DNA of 63,941 bases, filler included, from Diploschistes diacapsis (GCA_023645945.1; 13 parts of 13 records of this genome joined end to end with filler, not necessarily neighbours in it); one strand, 5' to 3'. Counted from the first letter of the whole stretch, positions 37,241-51,362 are shown. Made by a program: numbers and translations. The notes: generated by a model from the sequence alone, not told the origin.

Positions 37241-37585
37241 ATGAATGTTACTCTCGCAACGCAAGTGTTGACGGCTGAAGACCTTAATGGGCTTCAAAAA
37301 TGTGTCTTTGACTGGGCCGACAGCTATGACCACAAAGATTATGAACGACTCGCTAGGATAGGCAATCCGGCAGTCTTGTGCCAGCATCTCGTTGGCGCCA
37401 GTCACTGGGAGTGGATTGGCCTGAATGAGATACAGGGTAGGCATCAAATCCGAGCTGCCCATCAAGTATATACAGACGCCATCCTATCCGAAGTGAAACT
37501 GAAAGGACACGCCCACGCTAGTAACATTATGAAAGTACACAAAGATCGACGGCATTTGGGAAGCTCGCTGCCATGGTATTATTGA
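37241..37585 (+). pseudogene. Scytalone dehydratase-like pseudogene
   Basis: FDWADSYDHKDYERL, QHLVGASHW, HQIRAAHQVYTD, KGHAH; the segment normally between ERL and GNP is absent; the YTKIDGIW end is frameshifted. Confidence 0.82.
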
Positions 37586-38070
37586 TTTGTTTATCTTAGG
37601 AGCACTAACCGCGCCGCTCCTTCTCCATACAAACATGATAAGGCTGAGAATGATTTTACGTATAGGTTAAGCTAGGTCCCCATATAAATCTGTATCAATA
37701 AATGTGTTTGACAGTCTCCTCTGTCATAGCTAGATCTTGATTGTCTTAAGTCACTACCGCCAGCATTATATGTTTATATTTTTAATACCACCTGATGGTC
37801 ATATATTGGCTTTGTACTTTTCTGCCAAGCAATTCAGACACGGATCTGGATTCCAGCTCCCATTCCGGCGCGGAGGAGTTCAAACTGCCTGTTGATGGTG
37901 CTTCGTTTGGCCATCAAGGACAATGAGAAATGTGAACACACTCGATAGAAACCAGACTCGGCTAGCGATGGAAAATGCATAGTCGGGGACAGTTCTTTAA
38001 GCGAGCGCGCAGGCTTTAGGGGAACGATGATGGAACTCAATATTATCTCTTGACACCTCTGGCGAACTCG

Positions 38071-41000
38071 ATGCCTCCGCCACTCGCCTACTACCATGGG
38101 GGCACTCCCTACCCTCCAGATTATCATGCGGTACCGAAAAATGCCTTCGATGTCATACCGCACAAGAAGAAGGGACTGCAAAATGGAACAACGCCCGCCT
38201 ACCCTCAGGCTCCTCCGAAACTCAGCATCCAAGGTCTCATCAAGCCTCAGGCTCGAGGGACAAGACCACTGAACGTGAACGAAGCTTTGCAGTTCTCTCC
38301 GCTCTCCTCGATAGTACCATTTGATTCCGGTTAGCAACAAACTCTTACCCTGCAAAAGTATCTTCTCTTAACTGCACAGGCATCGTAACATTACCCAATG
38401 CTCAAATCTCTGTATCACATTCGATCTTTTCCAGTCTCCCTAAAGAGCAAGGTGCAGGACAACAACTGGGATACCTGGATGCCGCTACCCAGAATGGCGA
38501 GCGGGCGATTGTTCGGAATGCTTTGGGGGGGGTGCAGTCTTTGCTAGACCCGATGAAGATTACAGACTTGTATGTAAGCGGCCATCTTCAATTGGAATAT
38601 CTACGTTGATGTTCTTGAAGCAAGTTCCGGAGCAGGCCATCTTTGTTCAGCTGGTCCAAGTCCAAGGCGACTCAACAGTCGAAAAACAACCTTTCTCCTT
38701 TTGCTGCAATGGTTCTAAAGCATACTGAGGTCGCGTACAGAAGTAGGTCAAGTTATTTTGGAGGCTTGACAAAGCGGCTGACGCTGGTTGCAGCTCCTGA
38801 TGCTTCAGAGCCTGAATCGCCACCTTCACCTCAGTCTTCGATTGAGGTCAAGCCTGCCTTTCGGGTTCAAATTCCCAAGCGACCTGTTACCCCAGTTACT
38901 CCAAGTCCCACCTCCTACAACCAATTAGCTTTCACGCAGAACGATGCAATATACGTCGATGCAAGCAAGATACCCTCGTCTCAATCGCAAATGAAACCTG
39001 CTGTCGTTATCCCTAGCACCCAACTATCCTCTCATGCTAAACAATACAGAATCTACGAACATGCTTCTGAATCTAATCCCAAAAAAAGGAAAAGGTCGGA
39101 TGATGAGGGTTGTGAGGCCAGTGACCAGCGGGCACTAGCTGACGCGGCTCTGCAAAGCTTGGAAGAGACGCTTTGGGAGATCTTTGATGCGGAGGACCAC
39201 TTCGATACTGGCGCGAGCGGCTCCAACGATGACGGTATACTCACATCAGTTCACGGTTTGGATGGAGACTTCGTAACGCTGACAGCTAGCACCAATATCA
39301 AACTAGAATCGAGCTTCCATAAAGTAATTTCCATGAATCGGTTCAAGAATGTCTCAATCGAAGATATCACGCGCATTCAAAAGCTCGGAGAAGGCGGGCT
39401 TGTGGCAGCAGAGGCCTTTGATGGCAGCATTAAAGCAGGATGGGGCGACGATGAGGTTTCCTCTTGGCTTGAAGGCGTCGAGGTGATTGAAGCTGCTTTC
39501 CGCTCCGCTCGTACTATTCTCCGCACCATGTCTGGCGGAAAAGAGGAAAAGCAGCTCTACCCAGAAGAAATTCTCCAAAGGATCATCAGCTTGCTCACAA
39601 AAGTAACAGACTCCTGTCTGACCAGAGTCGTTGAATCGCGGTCATCTGGAGACAGCGCAGACATTTTTCTTGTAGCATCGCTTCATTCCAAGGTACTTTC
39701 ACATCTACTCCACAGCGCTAGCAAAGTGATGCATCTTTTACTTGACATTATTTCAAAGGAGGAGCTGGCTGAAAAGCCAATCAACGATGTCTTGTTCTTT
39801 GTGATTCGCTTGTTATTTGTTGAGAATTCCCCCAGTGAGAAGGAATCTGTACTAGGAATTCACAAGTTTGAGGCATTCCGGAGGACTGCAATGAATGTTA
39901 TCTCGAAGATATACTCGCAGTACGAAGACCAACGAGAATTTATCATCAGGGAGGTCCTCGAGTCTCTACAGAAGTTACCTACGACGAAACACGCTCGGCA
40001 ATACAAGCTACCCGACGGTAAGAGGTTGCAATTGACTTCGGTGTTGCTGATTCGACTTGTATCTACAAGTGGTACTCCCGGAGCTCCTGGGTTAAAAAGC
40101 AAAGTTTGTCGATTATTACCTGAGATCAACCAAGAGCCAGTGCCAGACGAAGCTGAAGATCAATCGGGGAGCTCTGGAAAAGACGAAGTCTCGGATGATG
40201 ATCAGCCCTTGTCCAAAACCGCTACTACTAGCAAGAAGTTCGTTCCGGATAATATGCGCCGTCTTGCGAGAACGCTGTATGATTCAGCTAGTCACAGCGC
40301 ACAGAGGATCATCAACTTCCTCGTCTACAGGGCTTCAACATGTTCCAAGACTGGCGAGCAACCTCACAGACACCTTCTTGATATGTTTATTGAAGACTTG
40401 GTGGAGGTCTTCAGTCTGCCTGAGTGGCCTGCGTCCGAACTCCTTCTACGAGCGCTGGTCGGCAGAATGATTGAACTTGCAGAATCCTCCCAAAGTCTTG
40501 CACCTGCCAAAAACATGGCCTTGGAGCTTCTTGGGGTTATAGGTAGTGCAATCTTGGACGTCACCGCAAAAGCCAAGCAGACTTCCAGAAGCTTAGAAAC
40601 GGACGATTCTAGGCTCAGCGGACAATTATCCCTTCAACTGGAAGATATGTCTAACGGAGCTCCCCAGGTATGGGATATAGCCGGTCGCAGCGGACCGTAC
40701 AGGGTCGTGCTCGACCACTTATCGGAGGCCGATACCGAAGTCCAAGGTTATCACCTGACCCAATGGATCAAGTTTATATTCTGGGGCTACAACCCGACAT
40801 CTGGCTCGCCTCAGGCACCGGACATCAACCATGTGCCCTTTGCAACAAAGGTCTGCAAAGCTCTTGCTGATGGGAAGTGGGCTAACCAAGAGTGAGTGGC
40901 TCCTTTTAACTTCTTGTGAATGCGCGACTGAACCATCTAGCGATATAATGGCCGTGTCACCAGCTCAATGCAGGCTAGCGTATCTCATAATACTTATGAA

Positions 41001-43782
41001 CGTTGCTGTCTGTCGGGCATTTGGAAGAATAGTGGGTGTGCTTGTTGCTGCTTTCAAGAGCGATCAGATTACTGTCAGAGCCCGAAGCTTGAAAAGTGTG
41101 ACCCAGATGCTGGAGAGAGACCCGTCTCTCATTGACCGCACCCCTCAAATAAATCATGTCCTTCTCCGATGTGTTGTCGACCAGTCGGCTATGGTCAGAG
41201 ACAGTGCACTGGCGTTGCTTGGCAAGTGCATCACTTTCAAGGCCAGCGTGGATCCCGACATGCTCAAGTCAATACTCGCAAGTACTCGTGATTTGAATCT
41301 TGGTGTCAAAAAGAGAGCATTGAAGCTGCTTAAGGAGATTTACTTGCGTGAGTCAGGCAAGGGCGAAAGAGGTACCAAGGAACTAAAGGTTGTTATATCC
41401 GAGAGCCTGCTACAACGCGTTGACGATGTGGAAGAGAGTATTTCCGAAATGGCCCGCGAGACGCTTCAGGATATCTGGATGTCACCTTTCTGGGCCCTCG
41501 TCAAACTATCTGATTTGTCTGTGCACGACAAAATTGCGCTGAAAGTTCACATGGACTTGATAATCCAGACCATCGAGCGTAATGAGATCAACTCATCTGA
41601 GCTGAGAAAGTTTTTGAAATACACAATGTCCGAAAAGTGCAAGGCTCACGAAGCAAATGTCAAAGTCAATCGGGCATTGGTTATCGTCGGATTCGAAAGC
41701 ATGATTGATAGCGTAGACGACCCTGGCTCTGCTTCGCAGCGCTCCATCTTACAGACTCTGACCATATACGCACAGGCCAACCCGTGGCTTTTCTCTCAAC
41801 AACAGCTCGAATATCTTAAACCTTACATAGGAAACCTATCTGGGGCAGATGATCTCAATCTGTTTCGCAGGGTTGTGGTCATCCTTCGATGCGTGCTACC
41901 CACCTTACCCACCGTCCAAAAGGAGTTTCTGAAAGGTATTCAAGACGACCTCTTTAGGAACGTTGCCAAACTAGCCAAAGCCGAGCTGAACGAAGTCGCC
42001 GCTTGCCTGTGGACTATCAACGGAGTTCTCGAAAACGTCAACCGCCTGGTGAATTTGGAGGTAAGTGTGTTGAACAATCTTCATCAAATGGAGACCGTCC
42101 GATTCGAAGCGCCTGGGGGACCAAAGGATCCCATATCGAAGGCTCAGAGGTTTATCTACCTTGCAGGTACATTCGGTCACCATTGCGACTTCCAACCGGA
42201 GCTGGAGCACTTTAGAGCTCGTCTTACCTGGTTGCATGCGAGCACCGTCCCTGGCAAAATAGTTGCGGCACTCAAACCCTTTTTCAAGGATGTCCAGCCC
42301 TTGTCGCTCCGTACCGTTGCCATGGAAGGCATGGGGATGGTTTGCCAGGCTTGGCCGCAAAACTTCAGTGATCAAAGCAACGTCGATATGTTCAGAAAAG
42401 TCCTGAGCCATGATCATCGGGACCTGCAGAAGATAGTTCTGGCCTGTTTTCGCAATTTCTTTGCCTCCCAAGACCCTCAATTCTTATTGGATGAGAGGTC
42501 AGAGGAAAAAGCGGTACTCGTTGATGGCAAGATTGGAGGCTCGGTCATTGCTTCGGAAAAGGACGGCGCTGCTGCATTGATAGCCCAAGGCTTTTCTCAG
42601 GACGTCATTCGCATTTCTCTCGGTAGTCAGGACGACTATGCTTTGGCTGCCACGGAGGTTATGGCGAGCATAGTTCGCCAAGGCCTCGTTCACCCGAAGG
42701 ATTGTGGGCCAGCTCTTGTTGCGCTGACTACCTCTGCAAACCCAAGGATTGCTGCTATCGCATTACAACAGCATCAAACTTTGCATTTGCAGCACGAATC
42801 CATGTTCGAGCGTGAATACATGAGGGCCATTCATCTAGCGTACCAATATCAAAAGAAAGTCTCCGAAGACACCCGGGGGTTCGCTAGGCCTACTTTCCGT
42901 GCAAAACTGCATTCCATGTACGAAGTCATCAAGACGAGCAAGAGCAAGGTTCAGACAAAATTTCTGTCGAATTACTGTTCGAAGATTGACTTTGACCTTG
43001 CGAAGCTTGACGTTTCCGAGGAAGTTCCTGCTCATCTGGACTATGCTCGGTTTTTGATTGAAAATCTAGCGTTATTTGACTACGGCCGAATGGAGGATCT
43101 TCTGCATGTCATCTCCACTTCGGAGAAAATCGTTAGCAACACAGGGTCTGCAGTAGCACATGGGATCAACACAGATGTTTTCAAGATGATTATTGACCCC
43201 GAGACCGGTGTTCCCTTGAATGCTTCTGCAGACCAAGATAAAGTGAACATCGACGTTTCGCCTGCGCGATTGAAGCTCCTAACGACTGCGTCTATGGTGC
43301 TTTCAATGCTATGGCAAGCGAGGACCTTTATACGCCGACTATACAACATCAACAACAAGGAAAATAAAAAGGAAGGTCGTGGCCGGCCCTCCAAGGACCA
43401 GACTAAAATACCTCCCAAGAATAACCTTATAGGCGGTGAAAAGATTGTCGACGCTATCGACAATATCTCCAATGCCTTGGACAGTCGAGAGCAGTCTCTA
43501 CGCCAATGCAAAGAGTTTGCCGAGCTAATGGCCATTGACTTGGAACTGAAAGTCGCTGATGATGGGGATGAGGAAGAAGAAGCGAGGTTGCGGACACCAA
43601 GCGTAGACGGCGAAGAGGAGTCAATGGCCGACCCCAATAGCGCGATCAAATTCGGCAAGCGGAAGAGCTCCGTATCGCTTAACGGGACGCCGGCCAAGAA
43701 GAAGCGAGGCCGTCCTTCTTTGCATGGAGCAAGGAAGAATAGTAAGAAGAGCATGAACGATGATGAGGACGACTGGGATTGA
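38071..43782 (+). CDS. SCC2: Cohesin loader Scc2/Mis4/NIPBL (introns near 38330-38379, 38570-38620, 38743-38792, 40893-40940; start uncertain)
   Basis: RPLNVNEALQFSP, LPEWPASELLLR, VRARSLKS, AMVRDSAL, GVKKRALK, QGLVHPKDCGPALVAL; long HEAT-type ORFs. Confidence 0.95.
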
Positions 43783-44310
43783 GCCATCAACTATATGGGA
43801 GCGTCTTGCAGGTGCCGGACTTTTGGTCTTGGGGACATTCGTTGTGTATCAGTAGAGAGCATTGCACCAGAGCATTTGCTAGGCGCCGTAAGGCTTTGGC
43901 CTTTGGGGGAGGAGGGAGGAGGCCATTTTAGCTTGATACCCATCGCCTCTGGCGACTGTTTTTTCGGTATTTCCATAGAATTGCTTGATCTAGCTGCCTC
44001 GAATGGTAGCCATTGTTCAGCAAAAGATTCTAAGAGCCACTTCGCATAATGGATCTATTGCGCTTTAACAACCCCTTTACGGCAGTTGCCTAGATAGCGC
44101 TATAGAAAGTGTAAATGCTGTTATGGAAGGAGGGTCTCGTGTGACGTCGCGGGGCTCGAGAGCTTTTTGAGGTATCTAGCGAGAGCTACTATAAGTCTCT
44201 CAGTTACCAGTAACATGCTTTTTTGTTGAACGCACTTTGACTCTCTCTTCTGTGACTCCCGAGCCTATCATCCCACTCACCATACATTTTCAATTCCCTT
44301 CTGCATAGCC

Positions 44311-45774
44311 ATGACGGAGAAGCTAACTACGATCTCGCCTTCAACCAACCAGCCAATTCTTACCCGAAATGGTCTCTCAGACGCAGACATCGCCATCTTG
44401 CCCGATACAGCAAAGAGAGCCTTTCAGAGTTACCGTGGCACCCCTCTAAGGAAGCGTCAAGAGATCGTTGGCAAAGCCCTTGACTTGATCGGCGAGAAGC
44501 AGGATGAGCTCGCAAAGGAACTCACAGAGCAGATGGGACGGCCCATTGCATACGGAGCGAAGGAGATAACCACTGCCGTTGCAAGGGGGAGATACTTGCT
44601 GAAGATCAGTGGAGATGCCTTGGCGGATACGGAGGGCGAGGCTGAGAGGGGGTTCAAGAGGTATATTCGGAAGGAACCGCTGGGACCGGTGTTGATTTTG
44701 TTCGCTTGGAACGTAAGTCTACTACTGGCCCCTAGTCTGGATACGGGAATATTTTCATGCTGACCATGCCTGCAGTATCCATATCTCGTGCTCGTCAACT
44801 CACTCATCCCCGCCCTCCTCTCGGGAAACTCGGTCATACTGAAACCCTCACCGCAGACGCCTACGGTAGTTGAACATGTACAGAGCGTCTTCAGAGACGC
44901 AGGTCTACCAGAGCATGTCATACAGTACTTTCATTGCGGCTCGCAGACCCACCTAGAAAGCCTCGCTAGCTCGCCCCTGATAGGCCTCATCTGCTTTACC
45001 GGCTCCGTTGCAGGCGGTCTATCGGTCCAGCGCGCCGCATCTGACCGTGTGGTCCCAGTTGGCCTTGAGCTCGGAGGTAAGGACCCAGCTTACGTACGGA
45101 AAGACGTAGATGTCAAGTGGGCGGCCGAGGAGATCGTCGACGGCGCCGTCTTTAATTCAGGACAGAGCTGCTGTGCCATTGAGAGGGTCTATGTTGACGA
45201 GTCAATCCATGACGAGTTTGTGAGCGCGGTACAGGAGGTGCTGAAAGGTTACAAGCTGGGCGATCCGATGGAGAAGGATACGAACGTGGGACCGGTGGTT
45301 TCGAGAAGATCGATGAACACGATACACAAGCACATCAAAGATGCGATAGACAGAGGCGCAAAAGATGTCACGCCAGAGAACGAGAGCTTCAAGTCGCCGC
45401 CGAAAGATGGGAATTACGTCAAGCCTACTGTGCTAACCAACGTTACCCATGATATGGTTGTTATGAACGACGAGACTTTTGGACCAGTCATTCCCATCAT
45501 GAAGGTCGGCAACGACGACGAAGCTGTGCGGCTCATGAACGACAGCGAATTTGGACTGACTGCCAGTATTTGGACAAAGGATCATGCCAAGGGGGAGGAG
45601 CTCGCGGAGTCGGTCGAGGCAGGCACTGTGTTCGTGAACAGAGCAGACTATCCGGCTCCTGATCTAGCATGGACAGGGTGGAAGAATTCTGGCAAAGGTG
45701 TTACTCTGAGCAAGTTTGGGTTTGAGCAATTCGTGAAACTCAAGAGTTTCCATGTCAAAGAGTATCCGAAGTAA
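44311..45774 (+). CDS. Aldehyde dehydrogenase (intron ~44713-44776)
   Basis: AWN/YPY, LKPS, FTGS, LELGGKDP, FNSGQSCC, ETFGP. Confidence 0.95.
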
Positions 45775-46543
45775 GGGAAAAAATTGAAAGCGAGAAACAG
45801 TTGAACAAAAGTGAATTATCAGCGAGAGCGGCGGGCATACCGTGAATGAAATGATGCAGTTTGGGGTCTCGGGAAAGTTTACTGGTATGCGGCGGAAAAG
45901 CATTGCGCAAGGGACAAGCTAACTTACATCAGAGGTTCAAACATGGAGCTTCATCCTACCTTGCCATCAACAGCAAGTCGTTAGAATGACACAGCTTGCA
46001 ATAATGGAAAGTCTTTGTGGGTCCTGGTCAGTTAGAAGAGTGCAAACTTCATCCCTTCCGACGGGTTTACTTGATGCATTCCTCAGCACCTTGGCTTATA
46101 CCCGGAGCCATTTCCTTCCTACACGATGATCACCACGTGGCTATGGAAACGCGACGAATACATTGTGTCGGAATTCCTTGCAGAATTCATTTCACCATTT
46201 GCCACCTCAATCTCGGTTGCTCCGTATATAGCTGCGCTTCGTCCTCGCTCACATTATCAACCAACTACCGCGTTCATTCAGTACACAACTCATTCAGTAA
46301 ATTGTTGTCTGTCCTTTGCTTTTTCTTTGATCAGGATCAAAGTCCTTTGTCCATCCTTGAAGCGTTTGGTCATTCAGGCCTTTGGTTCCGGTTGGCACGC
46401 ACCTCTGTCATTCGTTTATCTCTGAGGCATTCCCCTTTCCAACGCGGAAGCACAGCAACGGTATCTCTCTGCAACTCCGCCAATTTGACGCTCCCTACTG
46501 CATTTTCTCGCTGCAAGCTCTTGGCCGCATTCATTTACAGACG

Positions 46544-46956
46544 ATGTGTGGCATCCGCTCCTTCATCCATTCCATCCGGTCCCGGCTCTCTTCTTTCAAT
46601 CCGCGGAAGGGAAAGTCCGGGGGTGGAATTATGACGATTGTAAGCTTCCCCGACGACCCTTCGCATTTGTCCTTCTTTTATGACTATGTGATTAACGAGC
46701 ACGGTGACATAGTCGGAACCCACGAACTTCCGGAAGATGACCGACGACTCAAGTACGTCGATCAGCATGCAGGATCTGGTGAAGAATTAGTTAGTCCTAC
46801 CCTTCTGCTATGCTCGTGGTATAGGTATTGGGCAGTGTCCAGGCCTGTGCTGGAGATAGTGTCGAATGCCTGCAGTGGCCTATCTTGCCATCATGGTCGG
46901 AATTAGAGGCTGACAGGATACAGTCATTGTGCGCAGGGATCCAGCCCAGTGTCTAG
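46544..46956 (+). CDS. Possible small hypothetical protein (possible intron 46790-46923)
   Basis: ATG-started frame with plausible composition and a GTTAGT...GCTGAC...CAG intron; no recognised family. Confidence 0.3.
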
Positions 46957-48713
46957 GGTGAGGAAAGGGGAGGACGTGGAGAGTTGTGATTCAGTCTGAT
47001 GGATCGGTCCGAATCGATAAAATCTATCTGCAAGGCTCATTAGGATGATGGTTCCGATCCCGCATACCGGAGGGTCAGCTTTGCAGTCATTGAGCAAATG
47101 GTCTGTCTCAGCCCTGTTTTATCGATGCTGCATCGATAGTATGTTCACTTCACGTCATTCGTTTAAGGCTCGAAATAGCTTTGGCATCCATTAGCATGCG
47201 CGACCTTGCTTTGAGGAAGGATGTTTGTAAACGTGATTCATACTTACCCTAGACTAAGGGAAACGGTGGATATCAAAAACTGCATTTCCCGCAGTTGCTG
47301 AGAAGTAAATCGATGTGATGTATCATTTCTCTCTGTATCAGAAGACGTCGGAAAAGAATTACAGTGAGCTGAGCAATACTGCTCGCTAATTTGGGATTGA
47401 TCGATAGCACTGCAGTGATACCCGTTAATGACTATATCATGACATCTGGTGCCCCTATGAGGATGATATCTGCCGTCGATCTAACTTCGGGATGATGTTG
47501 CCTCGTTTAAGCTCCGCAGAGGTACAGTATCGCCTCGTTTCCTCATCGGCCAACGGTACGCTGTCTAGCGTCTTAATACTTTCTTTTTGATCGCTGGGAA
47601 CTTTGATGAACTTGGGGGCCATGTTTGAGATCTTGCTTGTTCCTTGTTGTGGTCCAGCTTGCACGTTGCTATTTTCCCATCTTCTTGCAGCTCTCTGTGC
47701 TGAATTAGCTTTACCAATTCTACAACTTTCAAGACCTCTTTGCTGGCGAATGTAGTTTTTCGTCACCATGAGCCAGTTACTTGCCATTCCGTTGGATATC
47801 GCACTCGAACACGAATGCCTCCCTCGAGTCATCAAGGGTCAGCAGCTCATCTCCACCATCTCCTTTGTCTCTCATTAATCCCGCGCAGCTCCGGCCCTCA
47901 AGACTTCCAGGGAAGCATCGAAAAGTCCCCCTGGCTCCTTCACATCCAAGTATACCCTCCAACCCTACCGCCCTACCTTGACACCGCCTAATCCTAGAAG
48001 TCAGCCTGTCTCCCCCAGAATCTCCTCGCCGACATGCCACAACACAAAACCACCCAACCACCCCTTTACCACCTCCCACTCCCNNNNNNNNNNNNNNNNN
48101 NNNNNNNNNNNNNNNNNNNNNNNNNNNTTAATTAATTAANNNNNNNNNNNNNNNNNNNNNNNNNNNNNNNNNNNNNNNNNNNNGAATTGATCAAGGGGCG
48201 AGGGGGATTTACCGGCTAGATGACTTGGTACATGTTGCCGTTTTAAAAAGCGAAGTTGAGCGCTAGGCGGGTAGGTTGTGAGCAAGCAGGATCTCAAGGT
48301 GCCGCGGGCTGTTGATGTTTGTCGTGTGGGCGGCGGGGACGGACCAGCTGGCAAGGTGGAAAGACGGTGTTGGGTGGTTGGCAGGTGGACGGTGTGAGAT
48401 ATACACGCAGGGTGGGGATCGTAGCAGTCGAAGATATGAAGAATGCATCGTTCGTACTTCGGTCGGTAAATTGAATCATGACATTAGGCTTCTGACAACC
48501 ACTAACGCCTAGCAAAAAGCTCATGCATGCTCATAAAGCTCTGTAGCAATAAATACGTGCCCACATGCATCCGCACAAAGGCGCCTTGCAATGAGAACTA
48601 TAGACCAACTGAGATGGAAGGCATTCGAGCTCCTCCACGCTTCTTGCAGTCATCTCTCATCCACCTATCATCATTCCTTATCAGCAGATCCTTTTTTTTT
48701 TTCTGGACGTATT

Positions 48714-49730
48714 TCACGTCTCGTTGTCGGCTTTACCATTGATGAGAGGGGTGTTTTCGGTCGGTCTCTCCTCTGTGGTGGTGTCTGCATTTGATCCGTG
48801 ATCATCTCCCGCGTTCTCGCCTGCCTTTTCCGCTCTCCTGGCTCTGATCTCGAAGATGATGCCCATAATGAGGAGGATACCTTGCATGGTGGCTGTGATA
48901 AGATAGATGCCCCAGGCACTCCATCCCGCCCATCCAAGACGAGTGGCTAGACTGGCCGACCATAGAAAGCCTCCGGGTGTTTGCACGCACATCATTGGAA
49001 TACTCAAGCTACCGACGCGCTTCATTTGCCATGTCGTCCAAAGTTGCGGAAAATACTGGATGCTGGTGAGAACAGCCGCGAAGATACCGAGGACGTTCGC
49101 GTATGATTGAAGGTGCTCTGGAGCGATAGCACCAAGCAATGTCGTCAAAATGGCGAGTGTGAGGGCGTGAAGGACAGCGATGAAGGTAACGATAAGGGCA
49201 GCACGGTAGGTGGGACGCCCTTTGAGCTCATTGGGGGGCATGAAAGGCGTGGCACGGGGGAAGAAGATGAGGAAGAGCATGAGGCTGGAGTCAAGTCAGC
49301 AAGGTTGACGCTGCTTCCATTGAGAAAATAGGTGATACACACATGGTGAAAAAGCACAGCCATTGAACAAACAGCTGTCCGATGCCCAAAAGCCCCGCAA
49401 AGCAGGAAAAGCCCGAGTTGACTCGGCAGCAGGCCCAATCATTGCGGCTGGTGGGCAGGGCTATGATGTTGGCAAAAGCGGTGCTGGCGGAGCTGCAGCC
49501 GAGCAGAACAAAGTAGGGGGAAATGCCTTCAGAGGAGCGGCGGGAGACGATGCGGTAGTGTTGAGGAATGTAGGAAAGGAAGATTCCGATGCAGATGACG
49601 CTGGTCACAGAATTAGTTGATTTTGCAATCCTGAGCTGCTCGTGATCCGGACTTACAGAGAAACCACAAAGTTTGTGTAGTCTGGTTCGGCAAGTTCAGC
49701 ACAGTGGTCTGCGTCGACCTTTTGGCTCAT
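48714..49730 (-). CDS. PQ-loop repeat membrane protein (three exons)
   Basis: SYIPQHYRIVSRRSSEGIS and QYFPQLWTTWQMKRVGSLSIPMM; several hydrophobic helices; C-terminal ENTPLI dileucine-like motif. Confidence 0.92.
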
Positions 49731-50194
49731 CAGGCTGATGATGTTGGCGGGATTTGGCGAGGTGACTGGAGAAGAGCGAGGCATGACAGCGGGCCAGGCG
49801 GCCATGTTAGCGATGATTGTCGACGACGGGAGACAAGCAGGAGAGGCGGTGAAGAGGCTGGGTGCCGAGTAGTAAAGGTAAGGAAAGAGAGACTGTGTGG
49901 GGGGAAGTGTTTACTTTGTAGTGTTGGTTGTAGCGAGGCATCAGCTCATCATCTGATGGTGCACAGATGAGGAATTGAGGTTTTCAGCAGTTGGCGGTAC
50001 ATTGGTGGCGCCTAAAGCATCCCCATCTGACCTACCAGTGGGGCCACGTTTTTACCGCAATCGCATTTGCTTCATTTCATTCATTGTCAGCCCTACAGTA
50101 TTCGTATGGCTGAGTCAAACGGCACTTACAGCTAGTCTAGTCTCGTCCACCATTGCTCTTCCAACTCTCCTCCCAAGACTGTATGTACATCGCC

Positions 50195-51262
50195 ATGGTC
50201 GCCAAGCTCCGCATCGCCATCATCGAGTGCGACAACCCGGGCTTCCACTCCATCAACAAGCGGGGCAACTACGGCGGCATCTTCTCCAAGCTCCTCAAAG
50301 ATGCCGCGCCAGACGCGGGACTCAAGGAGGACGATCTGCACCTGACGATACACAACGTTGTAGACAACACGACAGACTATCCGACGCTCGACGACATCGA
50401 CGGCGTCTTACTGTCGGGAAGCAGTAGGTGGACTCATCTCATCCCGCGCTTCTCCATTCAATGAGCATGCAATGCAACGTATCTCCCCCTAAGCCAACGC
50501 TTTACCACCTTTTACCATCAAATATAAACCCCTTTCCCCCCCTCCCCATCCGTTTCGAGTATCTAAGTTTCCACCCAAAGGCCCGCGGATCCGTCTCTGA
50601 CGATACCGCGGCCACAGAATACAACTCCTACGAAGACACCGTCTGGATAAACCGCCTCGTGGGCTTCACCCGGGCGCTCCTGGCGCAGCAGCGCGTGCGC
50701 ATCATCGGCGTGTGCTTCGGGCACCAGATCCTGGGCCGCGCCATGGACGTCAGGGTGGCGCCCAACGACCGGGGGTGGGAGACGAGCGTGTGCAGGATGG
50801 AGCTCTCGGAGCGGGGGAAGGAGCTGTTCGGGAAAGACGATATCGTAGGTTCGCCCCCCGTTTTTTCCAGACACCCCCCTCCACCTTCTTTGGTGTCATG
50901 TTGCCAGCACCAAAGGAAGAAGGAACGGGGGGGGGGAGTGGGTTTGCTAAGAGGGTCGTTTACGCGCCGGGCAGAGCATCATGCAGATGCACAAGGACGT
51001 CCTCTACGACTACCCGCCGCTCGTCGAGAAGCTGGGGCGCACCCCCCTGTGCGAGGTGCAGGGCATGTACGTCCCACGGAAGCTCGTCAGCGTGCAGGGC
51101 CACCCGGAGTTCGTCGAGGAGATCATGGCGGAGATCCTGGCGGGGAGGCTCAAGCAGGGGCTTTTCGACCGCCACGTGTACGAGGACGGCATGGCGCGGG
51201 CGGGGAGGGAGCAGGATGGGCTGGTGGTTGCGGCGGCTTTCTTGAGGTTCATGCTTGAGGGG
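50195..51262 (+). CDS. Class I glutamine amidotransferase-like protein (introns 50424-50617, 50845-50974), cut at contig end
   Basis: IAIIECD, LLSGS, catalytic GVCFGHQ and QGHPE. Confidence 0.92.
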
Positions 51263-51362
51263 NNNNNNNNNNNNNNNNNNNNNNNNNNNNNNNNNNNNNN
51301 NNNNNNTTAATTAATTAANNNNNNNNNNNNNNNNNNNNNNNNNNNNNNNNNNNNNNNNNNNN

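Noticed and set aside
44311..51262. Aldehyde dehydrogenase, PQ-loop transporter and amidotransferase as a metabolic cluster
   Set aside because: The spacer at 48084-48183 separates the dehydrogenase from the other two, so linkage is unsupported.
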